Assembly: GCA_964016885.1 (NCBI GenBank)
Contig: OZ024742.1
Span: 233,492,001 to 233,556,000 of the forward strand
From: Eledone cirrhosa
Lineage: Eukaryota
Direction: 5' to 3'
Length of the DNA: 64,000 nt
The stretch's first letter is position 1. Every line of letters starts with the position of its first letter. The notes beneath the pieces are model-generated. The model did no database searches. It was not told the origin of the DNA and was given only the letters and a program-made list of their open reading frames with translations. The position numbers and the translations under genes were made by a program. Shown piece by piece: positions 61,410 to 64,000 of the stretch.

Positions 61410-61760
61410 CCACCAGGCACTCCATGGCTTGATTTGAAAATAAAAACTGCTACCAAAATAAAATATAACATGCCTGATATTGTTGTTTGGGCCCATACAT
61501 TGAAAACGTGCTCTGTTGTAGATATCACCTGCCCACTAGATGTCAACGTTGTAAGAAAAATACAAGAGAAGGGAACATCTACAGACCATTGATGAGGAGT
61601 TTGCAGATCCAGTATCCAAGATACACCTTCAGCTTCATACCCATCATTATTGGAGCTACAGGTTGAACCAAAGTATAACTGAACTTGGATTTGAGGACAA
61701 TGAACGCAGCTCCCTAATTCATAGACTACAAATGACTGCGATAGCTGGCACCTTCAAAAT
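61410..61760 (+). mobile_element. Endonuclease fragment of a distinct RLE-type LINE family
   Basis: KYNMPDIVVWAHTLKTCSVVDITCPLD..FIPIIIGATG. Confidence 0.75.
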
Positions 61761-61879
61761 TTCTTTTCTTTTATAGCCTTTGACAAGGGTGGCCGGTCAA
61801 AAATGTACTCGAAATTAAGAGAAAGAGAAACATACTTACATACATGCATGTATACATACATGCATACATATATACATAC

Positions 61880-62556
61880 ATGCTGAGTGCTACTTCTTGT
61901 CAGAAGAGTGCCATCCCTTCATCGACCATGTGCACGCAGGTGACCTTTGAGATCCACTTTTGTTTTGCAGGCACATTCACAGATGTGACACTTGAACTTT
62001 CGGTCTCCTGGCAACACCGGCTGGGGTGTGTCTTCATGCATTTTACCATGTCTGGTCAGTCCCTTTGCTGACTTGAAAATTAAGCCACACTAAATGCAAA
62101 TGTACCGTGGAGTGTGTGGCGGTAGAACCATCTCACAGTTGGCTCGATTTGTCCCCGGATCATGTGATTTCAGATGATTAACACAACCAACTCTTGTTAA
62201 AAGAAATCGGCCGCATGCATTGCACTTCAATTCCAGCTGAATTTTTGTAGGCACTGTACTTGAATCCTGCCTAAGAAGTGAACAGTTCAAAACAGCATGC
62301 CCCACTCACCTGTACTCAAACACATCACATCCATATTTGATGATCTTTCTCCGTGATGTACGGCCTTCAACCAGTCTCTCCCAGTTCTCCATATCAATCT
62401 TCAGAGCTTTAAGATATGGCAGGTCGCTCCTCAGTGATACTGGTAGCATGTATCACAGTACAACTTGTCACATGGTCGGGTCGTCGGTGACTAAGCTGGC
62501 AACCCCACTAAGCTTTCTTGGTGAGGAGGGTGATTCGACACCCTACAGGATGAAAA
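61880..62556 (-). mobile_element. RTE-type LINE 3' end with C2H2 fingers and (ATGT)n tail, joined to an inverted 5' head (~62420-62556, plus strand)
   Basis: CNACGRFLLTRVGCVNHLKSH, CGLIFKSAKGLTRHGKMH, CHICECACKTKVDLKGHLRAH; the head matches the 5' end of the 37278-37889 family. Confidence 0.7.
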
Positions 62557-62593
62557 ACATACATACATACACTTCATACATACATACAAACAG

Positions 62594-62626
<33 letters not shown>

Positions 62627-62689
62627 CACACCCATATGTATATATATGTATATATATATACACACACACATCCATATATATATATACAC

Positions 62690-62744
<55 letters not shown>

Positions 62745-63171
62745 TGGTGAATGTGTATTTCGAAATTACGAGTGAAATCTGAAATTTATGAGATATTTAA
62801 AGCTTCATCGAATTTTTTTTTACAATAGTCTAAATGTTAGAGTATATAACGGAGAAAATGAACATCAGTACCCGTGGAACTCGACCACGTAACTTCATGC
62901 TTACCTGGATGAAATTTCATTACGCCATGACTAGCTTTTCAGCGCGGCAAGCACGCAGTTGTGGGTTCAAGTCACGCCTGTGCTAATGTCGCTATTATTT
63001 GGACGATTTTTGTATAGTCAAAAAAATAGTTGTAGTACCTAACGTTCTAGTAAATTTTATATATCTTCACTAGACTTATACCAATAGTATAAGTCCAGTG
63101 AAGATATCTTCACTGGACTTATACCATTAAGTTCACATGAAGATATTCACTATCTTCACACCAATTATTAT

Positions 63172-63222
63172 ATTTTATCTGACGAAAGCGTACTTAAATA
63201 TTAGTACCCTTGAAATACGTAT
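63172..63222 (+). ncRNA. Hammerhead ribozyme truncated at its cleavage site
   Basis: AUUUUAU-CUGACGA-AAGcGUACU..AGUACcCUU-GAAA-UACGUAU followed by unrelated sequence. Confidence 0.65.
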
Positions 63223-63354
63223 GACTTATACCATTAATAAAGCGTCTTTCTCACGCGCCGCCTGGACTCGAACCCAGGACCTTACGATAGTGAACCGAAT
63301 ACCCTAACCACAAAAACATGCATCTTCATGTGCGTGTGTTTGGGGGGGGGGGGC

Positions 63355-63960
63355 AGGTCTCTGCCTGGTACTGGTACCGTGTAACTCTGTACAACCTGTT
63401 TCATCATCTGGTGGTCGGCGACTAAACCGGTTCTTCCACCAGATTCTGGGCTGGTGAAGAAGTTAAGTGGAAACCCAGCATCCCAAAATTAAGAGCTGTC
63501 AAAGGCTGAATGAACTCCACAGAGTCAATGGCCATCCACGCCAACTATGGGCTAAATAACCTCACCAACTTGCAATTGGCAAATCGGGTGAGTACGGCTA
63601 CTATCCCTGGAGAAGTTAAACTGCATGACAATAACACATGCGATCCTCGTAACTGTCCTGTTATCCTGCCTTGGTTTGTCACTGGACTCATAGCAACAGA
63701 ATTGTGAAATGATACATGAGCTCTGAAGGTGATTATTTCCCAATGTCTAAAGGGTTTGGTCTTATTCCTCAAATTCCACACGAAAATGACTTCATGTAGA
63801 GTTTTTAAATGTAATTTAGTGCTGGTTGAATCAGGAACTGAAAATGTTGGCAATGCATGCTTTAGTAGAGTTGGTGGGTGCAACACACTGCTATGTTATG
63901 CTTTTTGGTATGCAATTGAAATAAAGTGGACAAGTATTTGGATTAGTGACATTATATTCA
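63355..63960 (+). mobile_element. Probable 5' region of an RTE-related element
   Basis: Shares GTACAACCTGT, GGCGACTAAAC, CTGTCAAAGG and AGAGTCAATGGCCATCCA with the 600-bp family head. Confidence 0.55.
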
Positions 63961-64000
63961 TTTAAACGTGGGTAAGTGTTAAATTAATTCATATTAACAA

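Noticed and set aside
62868-63312. tRNA-like sequences
   Set aside because: Only B-box/T-arm similarity; more likely SINE heads than tRNA genes.

Overview
AT-rich, microsatellite-saturated eukaryotic DNA, most consistent with an octopod cephalopod (inferred from its SINEs and the (TA)n/(CA)n/(CATA)n load). Nearly all ORFs in the supplied track are translated microsatellites. One host exon is present: 51046-52321 (+), carrying the PPACIY motif and the FPWMKTTKSHAHQWK hexapeptide region of the ParaHox gene Xlox/Pdx; its homeobox exon was not found in the window. The rest is mobile DNA: a full-length decayed IR/DR-type Tc1 element, a pogo-like MITE, a DD41D transposase relic, a decayed Gypsy element, RTE LINE pieces (two with twin-priming-type inversions), R4/Dong-like LINEs in (CATA)n, a Penelope-like GIY-YIG relic and about 20 tRNA-SINE copies. 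The most unusual signal is a set of several short non-coding families embedded in (TA)n tracts that carry type I hammerhead-ribozyme cores, share a downstream ACTC..GAGT hairpin, and repeatedly form fold-back palindromes whose turning points often lie in the ribozyme. All calls were made by eye; coordinates of degenerate repeats are approximate.
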